Source: Eledone cirrhosa (Eukaryota). Taken from it: 64,000 nucleotides of DNA. Positions 36,284-49,440 of this stretch are shown here, piece by piece (the first letter of the stretch is position 1; every line of letters starts with the position of its first letter). The notes under the pieces are model-generated. The model was not told the origin of the DNA. It saw nothing but the letters and a program-made list of their open reading frames with translations, and ran no database searches. Location of the stretch: positions 115,754,001-115,818,000 of the forward strand of contig OZ024743.1 in the NCBI GenBank assembly GCA_964016885.1, in the 5' to 3' direction. A program made the translations under genes and the position numbers.

Positions 36284-39200
36284 GAAGATGATTCTGTTAG
36301 TAGAAATACAGAGGGTGTTATATGTGTGTGTGTATGTGTGTTTGGGAGTATCATTAGCATGTTAAGATGGAGACAATATTTATGTTCTTATGTGTGTGTG
36401 TGGGGGGGGGGCATGATTCCCTTAGTAGAAATGGGGAGGGAGTTATGTGTGTGTGTGTTTTAGCAGGTTAAGGTGTTTTTTTATTAACGCACGTTAAGTA
36501 TTATTTAGCTCTGTTTTTTTCTTTTCTAAAGTAGGTGTTATGTGAGTGTGTATGTATGTGTCTGTTTGGATGGTTATCATGTTATGGTGTCAGCATAATG
36601 TATATAAAGATATATTTAATGCTGGTCTATATTTTTGAATAAACATATTTTCCTTATTTATTCGTATTTGTTCTGTTGTATTGTCAGCGCAAAGATATAA
36701 TGGGAAGACTTGCGCATATGTCTAGATGTGCACTGGGTGGTATCTATCTTGTGGTAGTGTCTCGTAATTGTTGTCGATGAATTATCATTCTGTTTCTGAG
36801 TGTGAGTTTAGTTTGTCCTCTATAATCTTCATTGCATTCTTTACATATGGCATAAAGTAGATTTTTTGATGAGCAAGTAAAGTGATTTTTTACAACAAAA
36901 CTTTATCCTGATTGAAATATATACATGTTGCCTTCAATGATTTGAGTGCAGGTTCCACAATTAGAGCGACCAAATGTTTTGACAGTTGATTGTGGGTTTG
37001 TGGTAGGTAATTTGGCATTGGTGAGTAATCTTTCTAGTGATTTCGGTTGTCTTTTGCTTTTGATTATTTCGCGTGTTTCAAGGGCTCTTTTGATTCTTGG
37101 GTCATGTTTCAATAGTGGGATGTTCTTGTGAATAATGTTGTAAGCTTCTGCATTTCTTGGGTTACGTGTTGAGATATATGATAGAATATTGAACGTACCT
37201 TGAATTTGTTTCTGTTTTCGTAATTCATCAATGCCTATTGTTTTAGCCGTTTCTATTCCATTATTTATTAGTAATAAAGTACCAGCAATGCACTGGATAA
37301 TTGCTTGCCTTGTGCCAAAAGTAGAAACAATTATTTATTAGTAATTATTTATTAGTAAAGCAGAATTTCCTTTAATTCTTGAAGTCTTTTATTTCGCGTT
37401 TCATAATTGCAGACAATTGTGGAAATTGTTTTTGCTAGGTTAAAAGGGATGTTCGTCTTCGTGTGCTTTAGATGGTTGGAGGTGAATAGCAGGTATTGTT
37501 TGGGATCTTTTGGTTTGTAGTGTATTTCAGTTTCAATATTTGTGTCTTTTATTATGATTAAGATGTCCAGAAATGGAGTTGATCTTGGCTGTATTCCATT
37601 GTGAATTGGAAGTGGTTATTGATACCGTTAATTAAATTTTGAGAAATCATTTAGTTGGTCGAGTGTGTGAGACCAAAGTATAAGACAACCATCCAAGTAG
37701 CGTTTCCAATTCTCTGATGAATATTTGTGGAAGTTGAATCCGTATTTTGATTTGGAGTGTTCATATATCTGGACTTCCAAGTGTGCCATGACTATCTTAG
37801 CATAAGTTGGTGCGACTTTTGTACCCATCACAGTCCCCGATATTTGCTTGTAAATACTGCCATCGAAATCAAAAAAGTTGTTCTGTAAAATAGATTTTAA
37901 TCCCTCGGAGATTAAGCTTTATTCTATTCTATCAGGTATCTCATTGGGTTATATCTCTAGCCAGAATCCTATTGCTTCTAGTCCGTATTGGTGTGGGATT
38001 GTTGTGTAGAGATTCATTACATCGAAAGACACAATAATAGTGTCGTTGTTGACATGTTTGGGGAGGTGGTTTAAGACGTCCAGATCGTCTCTTACAAAGC
38101 TTGGTATGTGTTTGAGAATTGGTTTTAGTAGTATGTCTATAAAGTTGCTTAGTCTGTGTGTTTCACATTGTGGGCCCGATACAATTGGTCTTAATTTACT
38201 GTCAGTGGGGTAATGTGTGTTCACGCCGGTTGAGGAGGATTCTTTACAGGCATCGTTAATTATTTTACACTTGTGGATCTTCGGAAGTCCGTAAATTTGC
38301 TGGTTTTGTATTCAAAATGTGTTAAATAATCACGTTCCTTTTTAGTTAACTCTTCAAGATATCGATAAATGAATGTGTTTAATCTGGTCATCGTTTTTGA
38401 TTGCTGGTAGTTTTTTACTCTTTCATAGTAAGTAGTTAGTGTCTTGTAAGAGAGAGAACAGGGCATTTTTATATTGTTCAGCATCCATAATAACGACGGT
38501 ACTTCCCTTGTCCGCTTCGTTAATTACAATGTCAGTATTGTTTTTTTAGTTCATGGGTAATCTCCTATTCCCTTCGACTCGTGCTGGGTTTGGGATTTAG
38601 GTTGCGGTAGTTCATAGTATGGGAAAGTTGCTATGTGGTCAAAAAGTTTGTCCAGAACTATGTTCCCTTTGTTGGGTTGTAGCTGCTTTTATTCCGTACA
38701 ATTGATTGGTTATTCTCCTTGTCAAAAAATTCCTATGTGAGACGTAATTTTCTACAGAAGTGTGAAATATCGTCATTTATTTCATTGAGGTTAAAGTATT
38801 GTGGTGTTGGTGTGAATTTCAGTCCTTTGGGGAGAATTTTAATTTGTTGGGCTGAGAAGTTTGTATTTGAAAGGTTGATTATTTTCGGTTTTTCAAAATC
38901 GGTTGTGCCACCGGGTGTCGTGGGTCCTGTAGCCTTGGTGTAAAAAAATGATTTTTCTGAATTGTTTTTTCATGGGTATTATTACTCACGTGACCGCATC
39001 AACCAAACAAATTTCAGTCATATATGAAAAAACAATCTGAGCCCCCCCCCCCCCCCCTTTTATAAAGCAAATATAATAAGCACTTAGTTATTCTCACGAC
39101 AGACATCAACCAACCAAATTACTTTTCTAAAAACAAAGCATTCCGAGCCACTTTTTGCCATATAAAACAGAAGTAAGATTCGAACACCAAACAGATGCGA

Positions 39201-39330
39201 GGAGAACAACAAACCCTCCATCTCAATTCTACTTTTGAAAAGCACAAGAACTGCGAAACCGGTAAAGGAACCAAATAAATATTTTTAAAAAGACTACAGT
39301 TGCATTTTCGATTTCATCTTTTTTACTTAT
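35452..39330 (-). mobile_element. Near full-length degraded Neptune-like PLE with a direct 3' pseudo-LTR (35452-36050) and an inverted 5' pseudo-LTR (38985-39330)
   Basis: IINLS...KGLKFTPTP, LRPIVSG, SFDV.NLYT.IP, MGTKVAP.YA, RYLD, Cys linker and a GIY-YIG region. Both termini carry the TTGAAAA HHR and end in (TA)n. Confidence 0.88.
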
Positions 39331-39342
39331 ATATATATACAT

Positions 39343-39619
39343 TTAGATTTGTTGGTTCACCACAGGATAGAACTGGTCATACCGTATATTAAAACTCGAT
39401 GTAATATTAGGGAGAACACTCGACGTAATGCACTCACCTGTCTTCGTTTGTGTTGTTGGTGGTACGAGTCGGAGTTAATTATTATAAAATAACAGGAGAC
39501 TGGACTGGTGTAATTCCTTAAAGGTTTATTATACTATGTACATTTCAATGACCGGATTCATACTCAACCCGATCATTGAAATGTTCATAGTATAATAAAG
39601 CTTTAAGGAATTACACTAG
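39343..39619 (-). mobile_element. PLE-type terminus with a fold-back half-hammerhead (related fragment at 42014-42135)
   Basis: Inverted arms at 39505-39555 and 39569-39619 carry GAAAT-GTAC-ATA-GTATAATAAA. Confidence 0.65.
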
Positions 39620-39621
39620 CC

Positions 39622-39720
39622 CTCGAGGTTGACTTTGCCTTTCATCCTTACGGGGTCGATAAAATAAAGTACCAGTAATGCACTGGATAATTGCTGGCCT
39701 TGTGCCTAAAGTAGAAACAA

Positions 39721-39723
<3 letters not shown>
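39622..39723 (+). mobile_element. SINE 3' half
   Basis: Same core and tail as the 30778 copy. Confidence 0.78.
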
Positions 39724-39779
<56 letters not shown>

Positions 39780-39786
39780 ATTTTAT

Positions 39787-39850
<64 letters not shown>

Positions 39851-39852
39851 TT

Positions 39853-39970
39853 AGGCTTGTTGCAATCGAAAGATTGTGAGTTCAATTCTCGGACCGGATG
39901 ATGTGTTGTTTCCTTGAGCAAGATACTTTATTTCACGTTGCTCCAGTTAACTGAGCTGTAGAAGTGAGAT
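39853..39970 (+). mobile_element. CORE-type SINE fragment
   Basis: B-box GAGTTCAATTC followed by TGTTGTTTCCTTGAGCAAGATACTT. Confidence 0.6.
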
Positions 39971-40124
39971 GATAGGACTGGGGTCCCTATCACTAAATTA
40001 TCCAAGACACCTCCAACGAGATATACCTTGGAGGAGGTCAGCTAAACCTGCATAGGAGTGAGCTGTCACGCATATATATATATATTATATACATATATAT
40101 ATATATATATATTAGAAAATAGAA

Positions 40125-40305
40125 TAGCTTTCACCGTATGTTTTGACTAAAGAAATTGTAGTCCGATATTGCGGTTTAGAACCCTCAGATAAATGGGAAA
40201 AGATGAGTATTGACGTACATACTCATCTTTTTCCATTTATCTGACGTTTCTAAACCCCAATATAAGACTAAAATTAATTTAGTCAAAACATACGGTGAAA
40301 GCTAT
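40125..40305. repeat. Imperfect inverted repeat, ~85-bp arms, 8-nt loop
   Basis: atagctttcaccgtatgttttgactaa...gagtat[tgacgtac]atactc...ttagtcaaaacatacggtgaaagctat. Confidence 0.88.
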
Positions 40306-41830
40306 AAAATTTTTTGAGTTGAATCAGCACAGATATGATATCAACGGGGGAATCAAGTGAAATTTTTTGAGTTGAAATACATGTGGATACGTGTCTGTGT
40401 GTATCGAACACACGAACACATAAGGAGGCTCTTGACCTAATTATACCTGTCATACCTGTCTGAATTCCTAAGGGAAATGTCGGCCAGTTACTGTCTTGAC
40501 CGATTCTAGTACCACTGGGTGAATCATTTGAGTTTTTGGGGTTGAAATACATATAGATATATGTCTGTGTGTGCCGGGCACACGTACACACATAAAGAAG
40601 CTGTTATGCCTGCCTGAATTTTCGGTCAGTTGACTGACCCCACAATTACTACGTAGCGGTTCTTGCACGTGACTACTGGACCCGGATGAAACGAAGACGA
40701 AGAATTTCCTTGCGTACCGTTTTGTACCACAGATGCGATCTCACCCTGCTTCGTTGATGTCCTATCGACACCAAAGTTCAGCGTTTGGGCGAATAGATTT
40801 GAATCCAACCACCAACAACATAGCTGGATGACCGATAATCACACCAAACCGGAGTACTGTGATCCTTGTGACTTCCAAATATACAACCACTGACACTGTC
40901 ACGAAGACCAGGAAACCATACTCCATATATTGAATCAATTGATTGATTTGTGCGACCAAATTAACACCAAACACATATTGAACTAGGAATATTGGATCCT
41001 CGGTCAATGTCCGGGGGAGCAAAAATTGATTTCTATCTGCATTGGAATTTACAAACTTGTGCATCTGCTGTGGTGTCAAAAACAAACGCACATGGCCGCA
41101 CAGATAAACAATGGACCATGCCACGTGGCTTGAACCCGTAAGTGAATTGAGGGTTCTGCAACTCTGATACACATATTGTTTATTATTTATTATTAAGATG
41201 TATAAACTGGACATAACTGTTATCATCTTATACTCTCTCAACGAATCACACTTGATCATATTTCTCTATCCTGTTTTCTCCCCCCATAATTATTATATTT
41301 TTTATTATTGTTTGAAAAAAATCGGTTTTTTTACATTGTGTTTTCCCCTCCAAATATTCGCTTATATTTCCTTATATATTCTCTATATATTTTTTATCTT
41401 TATTATTATTTCCACTTTTATCCCCCTTTATATTTTACCTTATTCTTACCTTTATACCTTATTATAGTGTAATCTTCCCCATGCCTTATTATACACTATT
41501 AATTATAGATTATTATTATTACTCTTTTTCAATTTCTAATTACCTCATGTACCTTCTCCTCCGCTATATGTATATATGTATTCTACGCCCTTTGTGTTTG
41601 TGTAGCCTCTGCGCACCCTCTGTACCATACTATCGACGCCACCCCATCTATGGTTCAGCTAACCACCCGACCCCCGGGAATGAATATGACCGCAGCTAGT
41701 AAACAAGGACCAACACCCCACCCTCCCGCACCAAAATTAGACTTATCGTCCCCTACTTTTGCTCTTTACTCTCTTTACTCTTTGTTCTTGGGTGTTTGGT
41801 TGGTAGAGTCCATAACACCAATCAAACCCC

Positions 41831-41892
41831 TTTTATAGCTCTGATGAATCCTACGGTTACACGTAAGGAAGAAACATTGTTAGCCAATAAAA
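41831..41892 (+). ncRNA. Minimal hammerhead ribozyme at a PLE-type 3' end
   Basis: TTTTATAGCT-CTGATGA-A-TCCTACG(GTTACA)CGTAAGGA-A-GAAAC(ATT)GTT/AGCCAATAAAA, about 40 bp before (TA)n. Confidence 0.65.
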
Positions 41893-41925
41893 ATCTTTTG
41901 ATGTTGTAGACGCTCTTGTGTTCTT

Positions 41926-42016
<91 letters not shown>

Positions 42017-42140
42017 AGTTTGTTGGTTTACCACTGGATATCACCGGATTCATACGGAACCCGGTAATTGAAATGATCATAGTATAATAAACCTTTCAAG
42101 GATTTACACCAGTCCAGCCTCCTTTTAATTTATTATAATT

Positions 42141-42890
<750 letters not shown>

Positions 42891-42916
42891 TATATATATA
42901 TATATATATATATATA

Positions 42917-43179
42917 CGTTATTCCGGGTTGAATCGGAGGTAACCACAGTAAGTAAGGTACTCAATACATAGCAGAGTATAAAGGTTTTAATATAGATGA
43001 GATTCTACAGGACTAGAACTGTTTCATTCATTAGAAATCATCAGGAATCCTGAGGTTTTAATATAGATGAGATTCTACAGGACTAGAACTGTTTCATTCA
43101 TTAGAAATCATCAGGATTCCTGATGATTTCTAATGAATGAAACAGTTCTAGTCCTGTAGAATCTCATCTATATTAAAAC

Positions 43180-43180
<1 letters not shown>
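42917..43180. mobile_element. Small element with three hammerheads (two tandem on minus, one on plus at 43115-43163)
   Basis: 70-bp direct repeat plus a palindrome centred at 43117. The fold is GATTC-CTGATGA-TTTC(TAAT)GAAT-GAAACAG(TTCTAGTC)CTGTA/GAATC. Confidence 0.85.
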
Positions 43181-43211
<31 letters not shown>

Positions 43212-43273
43212 ATAATTGGTCGTATGGAAACCTCAACAATGCAGATATCAAAATCTCCGGATAACAGAATCAG

Positions 43274-43315
<42 letters not shown>

Positions 43316-43333
43316 GAGAGGGAGAGAGAGAGA

Positions 43334-43398
<65 letters not shown>

Positions 43399-43509
43399 GG
43401 CGGAGAGGGCGTAGAGGTACGAAGGAAAAGTGTAAAAATAATAACACTAGATACAGTTACGTTGGAAGTGATTTAATTGTATATATATGTATATATATAG
43501 AGAAATTAT

Positions 43510-44678
43510 AAAAATTACATGAATCAAAGTTCTGTTTAAACCATTTATTCGCTGACAATTGTTTCTTCCAAACCGTGGTTTGGAGTCTTCGGGGCAATTT
43601 TTCAATGATTGTTTACATACTTGACCTCCTTTCCAACACAAGAGACATACAGAAACATATGTATATATTGATGCACAGTGGGTTGACATCCATTATAATA
43701 TTTAAGCATGGCAATTTACATTCAAAGATTAAAGTCATATTAAAAGAAAACAAAATTGAAGTTAAAATACAACATTGGCAGTTTACGAAGAAAATGCAGG
43801 AGGATAGTTAGAAGTAGTTAGTGTATGCAATAGTTACACGTGGAGCATGCACGTGTGTCTTATTTATATAAGATTATAGTGCGGCAGAGTGTTATATGTA
43901 ATACAAGCACTTTAAGCGGACAATCAATAGTATTATGGGGGTTGTATTTGTAAAGTATTTTTTAATATGTATGATATAGAAGCTTGTGTGCAGACAAATA
44001 TTAAAAATATTAAAAATGAGATGCAAAACAATGTTATGGTTTTCGTATATACCACCATTTTCACAATCCAGGAAACGTAATATATAGATTATATGTCCTT
44101 CACATAATACTCTTGATTGCTCGCTTAAAGTGCTTGTATTACATATAACACCCTGCGCACTATAATGTTATATAAATAAAACACACGAGCATGCCCCACG
44201 TGTAACTATTGCATACACTAACTACTAACTATCCTCCTGCATTTTCTTCGTAAACTGCCAATGTTGTATTTTAACATCAATTTTGTTTTCTTTTAATATG
44301 ACTTTAAACTTTGAATGTAAATTGCCATGTTTAAATATTATAATGGATGTTAACCCACTGTACATCAATATATACATATGTTTCTGTATGTCTCTTGTGT
44401 TGGAAAGGAGGTCAAGTATGTAAAAAATTGCTCCGAAGACTCCAAACCTCGGTTTGGAAGAAACAATTGTAAGCGAATAAATGGTTTAAACAGAACTTTG
44501 ATTCATGTAATTTCTATATAACTGCTCTGTAAAACAACTGATGTTATTACATTGAGCTATTTATCTTACTGGTAATAAGGTAGTAATAACTTACTGTCTT
44601 TCACTATTTAGGGTTTAAAATATATATAACTATAAAAGGTTTTAGTATATACATAACCATAAATAGTATCCTTAATAC

Positions 44679-44690
<12 letters not shown>
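43510..44690. mobile_element. Inverted pair of PLE-type termini (~420-bp arms, 43510-43935 and 44105-44515), each with an HHR-like fold
   Basis: GCY-CCGAAGA-C-TCCAAACC..GGTTTGGA-A-GAAAC(AATT)GTM/AGC at 43551-43595 (minus) and 44430-44474 (plus). Confidence 0.8.
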
Positions 44691-44766
<76 letters not shown>

Positions 44767-45199
44767 CAAACATTAATGATAATTGCGAAATTCGGGTACG
44801 TGATGCCTAAATGCCAGGAAGAATCTCGCTACATCAGGCATTAACTTATGTAATGAGGATATGTTGCTGAAGCAATACACACTAAAGAAAATGAACACTT
44901 ATATTGCTTCACTGGTCTGTCTGAATGATCTATCGCATGATTTCATGGCATAATATAAACTTTGGTGCATCAAATAATGACATATTCATTCTGTGTCGAT
45001 GTACATGTGCCTATAAGCACGGGTACCGCGAGCTGCAAACTCTCTAGATGAGTGGGTGTCAGAGCAAACTTGTACACGAGCATATAGCCATGTTCAGCCA
45101 TGCAGCCATTCAGTGTTACACTTACTAATTTGTGCCTTGCCGTTTTATCCATGGGTATGGATAATTGTACGTATGTGTAGATATGTGTTTCTTCTTTAT

Positions 45200-45520
45200 G
45201 CTGTAACTCCCGAGAGAGTCGTATGGGCACCATATTGACATAAGGCGTTTCTAGGGCGTTTTTATACCAGGCGGAGCTCATCCCTTCTCCAGGTCTGAAT
45301 ACAGCAGATCTCTTCCAGAGAAGGATGGCGAGAATGACAGTAAGGACGTGAGTAAAGATATAGAAGAAGAATCGACAGCAATACTTGACTGGTACATTTT
45401 ATCGACCTCTAGTGGATGAAAGTCAAAGTTGTACTCGGCGGGACTTGAACTCATGGAGCAGAAAGCCGAAACGAATAACCGAAGCTTTATATCTGATGCT
45501 CTAACGACTCTGCCACCTTT
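45200..45520 (-). mobile_element. tRNA-derived SINE with an RTE-5'UTR-like body (related copy at ~61600-61930)
   Basis: B-box GAGTTCAAGTCCC, the shared core, then a ...CTGGAGAAGGGATG.GCTCC.CC.GGT segment present in both copies. Confidence 0.6.
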
Positions 45521-45679
45521 GTAGTTATGTGTCCATGGATAAATACGTTCGAGCGGGTGTATATACACATATTATTCCTTATTCTTGTCCTTCTCATACG
45601 TTTCTTTTTCCATATTACTTCACCCCTTATACACCCTTCTCTTTATAGTCTCTATACCCTATATATTATATCTATCCCA

Positions 45680-45880
45680 AACGGTGGTGGATTGGCAGCA
45701 GCGGTAGAGAGTTGGACACCATGCTTTGCAGCATAGAGTTACGGTAGTTTGCGGTCTGAGTTCAAATCCCGCCGAGGTTAGCTTTGCCTTTCATCCTTAT
45801 GGGGTCGGGTCGATAAAATAAAGTACCAGTAATGCACTGAGGTGATTTCAGGCGTTGTGCCAAAAGTAGAAATAATTATT
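45680..45880 (+). mobile_element. tRNA-derived SINE
   Basis: A and B boxes (GAGTTCAAATCCC), the core and the tail. Confidence 0.82.
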
Positions 45881-46602
45881 GTTAGGATTATTAATATTTC
45901 TATCATTTCAGTCAATTTTGTTATTTGTACTTTTCCTTTATCTCCATAAGTACTTATTCTCGCATTCTTATAACTAGATGTACACACATATGTGTTGTGT
46001 TCGCATGCACAATTGTTCATATGCACAAATGACGACAACATTCTGATGACTAATGTGATACATTTTCAGAATAGAAATATTACATTCCTATTTCGTTATA
46101 ATTATTTTTAAATTCAATAGTTCGATCAACTTACAATGAGACATTTAGTTACAGCCATTTAAGATTCACGTTAGCTTATTGCCGAAGTTGATATATTTAT
46201 GTGTTTTGTGTTCGGGAAAATAAGCACCTGTCGATCTGTCGATTACTTGAATACATTTAATAAAACTGAATACCCCCCTCCACTATGTTTTTGATAAGTG
46301 AAATATCATGCCACAAACAAACAAATACTTTTTAATAATGCAAATTTCATCGATCTTTGGAGACTCATAGTATATTAATGTCTTAAATTTTAGAGAAACA
46401 GTCATTGTTATAATTCATGTACAACCTGAATAAAAAACACTCAACAGTATATTTAATGTGATGTAAACAATACAGCAAAGACAATTTGATGCAAATATTA
46501 GCGGTAATTACCCGACTCCCCCGTAAATATTGACGATATATCTGATTCACTAATTTAACTATAATTATATATACATTAATGTTAATTATATGAAATATAT
46601 TA

Positions 46603-46789
46603 ATATTATTTTCTACTTTTGGCACAAGGCCAGTAATTACCCAATACATTACTGGTACTTTATTTTATCGACCCCGTAAGGATGAAAGGCAAAGTTAATC
46701 TCGGATTTGAACTTAAACCATAAAGGGGCGTAACTATTTGCTGCAAAGCATAGCGTCACACCCTCTACCGATACTGCCAATCCACCGTT
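46603..46789 (-). mobile_element. tRNA-derived SINE
   Basis: Reverse complement of the 30778/45680 family. Confidence 0.82.
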
Positions 46790-46898
46790 GTATATTATAC
46801 AGAAGCAATGCATAATGACTATATATGTGTTTGTATGGGTTCATGTATGTCTACACACACACGCACACACACATACATATATATATATTTATTTATAT

Positions 46899-47032
46899 GA
46901 AAGAATCAGGACCCCGAGAGGTGACCCCTTTAAACAGCAAGGGCTCAGCTGTCGTGGACCCTACTCTTTTAAATAACTATACACTACTACCCCTAGTATT
47001 GAGTACTCTGGTGATTAACTGTCTAAACAGGT

Positions 47033-47036
<4 letters not shown>
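46899..47036 (+). mobile_element. Degenerate P1 copy
   Basis: tcaggacccc...gctcagctgtcg...ctactacccctagtattgagtactctggtg. Confidence 0.55.
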
Positions 47037-47067
<31 letters not shown>

Positions 47068-47075
<8 letters not shown>

Positions 47076-47478
47076 GACAGGGGGGAAGAAAAAATGGCTT
47101 CGCTTATGCTTTCAACAAATTTATTTTCTTCACAAAATCCAAAAAGAATTTTTCTTAAAAAAAATTATTTTATAAATTAAGTTGTTGGTTGTTGGTTAGT
47201 TCCTAGGAGTTCTTGGTTAACGTAGGAGGTATTGTTTCGTTTTTAGAAAGACCTTTCACGCTGAGGTCTTTCTAAAAACGAAACAATACCTCCTACGTTA
47301 ACCAAGAACTCCTAGGACCTAACCAACAACCAACAACTTAATTTACAAAATAATTTTTTTAAGAAAAATTCTTTTTGGATTTTGTGAAGAAAATAAATTT
47401 GTTGAAAGCACAAGTGAAGCCATTTTTTCTTCCCCCCTGTCTTAATATACCTAACTGTACCAAGGATTACACACATTT

Positions 47479-47483
<5 letters not shown>
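47068..47483. repeat. Long fold-back repeat (~185-bp arms, 9-nt loop at 47255-47263) plus a 34-bp single-copy tail, in (TA)n
   Basis: tattaagacagggggg...aagacct[ttcacgctg]aggtctt...ccccctgtcttaata. Confidence 0.92.
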
Positions 47484-47549
<66 letters not shown>

Positions 47550-47717
47550 ATGATTTAGTATCGAGAGAGAGAAAAAGGAAAGATGCGCGATACATATATT
47601 TAGTTGCCAATAGTTTGTGCAAATCTGCTCAATACTCGTGCCTACAGTTTTCCATGCCCTTGATAAGCCCACTCCGGCCGAAATTTGTTTTAACGGTTTA
47701 TACTCCTTGTATTCATT

Positions 47718-47774
<57 letters not shown>

Positions 47775-47777
<3 letters not shown>

Positions 47778-49440
47778 GTTTCGAGTTAGAAGGCCAGAAT
47801 AATGCAGGTATGGATATATAATATAAATATAAATGCAAAAGATATTGCTGACAATTAGTCTTTTACTTTAAATTTATTTGAATATCCTTAATTTTCGAGA
47901 TAATATCTCTTCTTCGGAGGGAAGTAAAGGGGTTAATCCAGTGTTCTAATTAGCTTGCCATGTCATGCTGACAGGAAATAGTATAGAAATTCCATTCTAT
48001 TTCTAATGTCAAAGAGTGAAGGTTAGATGGATAAAGGGTTGTCTCCCTTTAAAAGTATTTGGACATGTATGTCTGATATGTGAAGGTGTAAGCATGCGTG
48101 TGTGTGTGTGCGTGTGTTTGTGTGTGTGAGTGTGAGAGGACGTGTTTATATGTAAATGTGGGGGCTAGATGCTCTATCATGTTAAAAGTGGTCTATGTGT
48201 GTGTATGTGTGTATGTGAGAGGAAATAAGTGAAGGTGTAAGCGTGCGTGTATGTGTGCGTGTGCGTGTGTGAGATGGTACGTGGAGGTGTAAGTGTGGGG
48301 CTAGGTGCTCTATCATGTTAAAAATTGGGTGTTGGGTTCTAGTCTGTTATTGATTGGTGGTTGGGTTTTGTCTATAATAAGTGCTTCTTTAATTCTAAGA
48401 TTGCCGAGGTTTCTTTCCTTAGCGTCTATCCTAACTATTATGTTTTTGTCGGTGTTTTTGCATTTCACTAGGTGTTTCTTAAATGAGGAAGCGTTAGTAT
48501 TCAGGTGTTCTTTTATTCTAATGTGAAATGGTCTGGTGGTGCTACCTGTGTAGGAATTGCTGCATTTTTCGTACTCTAATCTGTATACGACATAAGCCTG
48601 GTGGCATAGGTCTGTGTTGTCGATGGGGCAGTTGGCTAGCCTGCAGCGGCTGTCATGTCTGGTGGGGTGACTTTTGGTTAGATGTCCGCATAGAGAAGGT
48701 CCTGAGTGGGCTAGTTGGATATCTAGTCCCTCTCGTCGGATAGGTCTGCGGATGGCTGTTGTTGTTTCGTCACTGAAGTGTGGGAGCTTCAGGAAGCAGG
48801 TGTTAGTGCCTAGGGTGTGGTGTCCTCTGTTGTTTCTGGCACAGTTCGCTGTGGACGTCGGGTATCCGTTCAGTTAAAGTACTTCCAGGAAATGTGTGGT
48901 GTGGGTGTCCCGGATTCTTGCGTCGGTGCATTCGTTCTGGATACGTGTATTTCGTTCCTTATGTATCCGAACTTAGCGCCTACTGGGAGGGCTGATCTGA
49001 AATGTAGGAACAGATCCCTGCTGGCGGCTTTTTTATAGAAGCAGGTGTGGATGTTGCCTTCCTCTGTTACCCTGAGTTGGAAGTCCAATAGCAATAGGGA
49101 TCGGCGGTCATCGGGGATGTTCCATGCTGAACTCTATATTGGCGTCTATGCTGGAGAATGTCATGTATATTTAATCCGTTTCTTCAGGGTATGATGTAAG
49201 GATGAGTATGTCATCTACATATCGGTTGAAGAAGGTATAGGAATGGCAGGTGTTGAGGGCTCGGCATTCCACCTGGTTCATATAAGTGATGGCCAGCAGG
49301 CCCGATAGGCTGGATCCCATGGGTAATCCTGTTGTCGGTCTGTATGTGGGGTGGTGGAAGGAGAAGTACGTGTTGTCCACTGTGAAGGACAAAAGCTGGT
49401 GTGTGTCCGTCGGATGGAGGTCGTAAGAAGTAAGTGACAT
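47775..49440 (-). mobile_element. 5'-truncated Penelope/Poseidon-type PLE (RT C-terminal half, GIY-YIG, 3' UTR)
   Basis: GLPMGSSLSGLLA, RYVDDILIL, LLD, FYKK...LHF.SA.P, RIKEH and IKEALII...P.IN. A degenerate HHR-like motif lies at 47885-47922. Confidence 0.85.
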
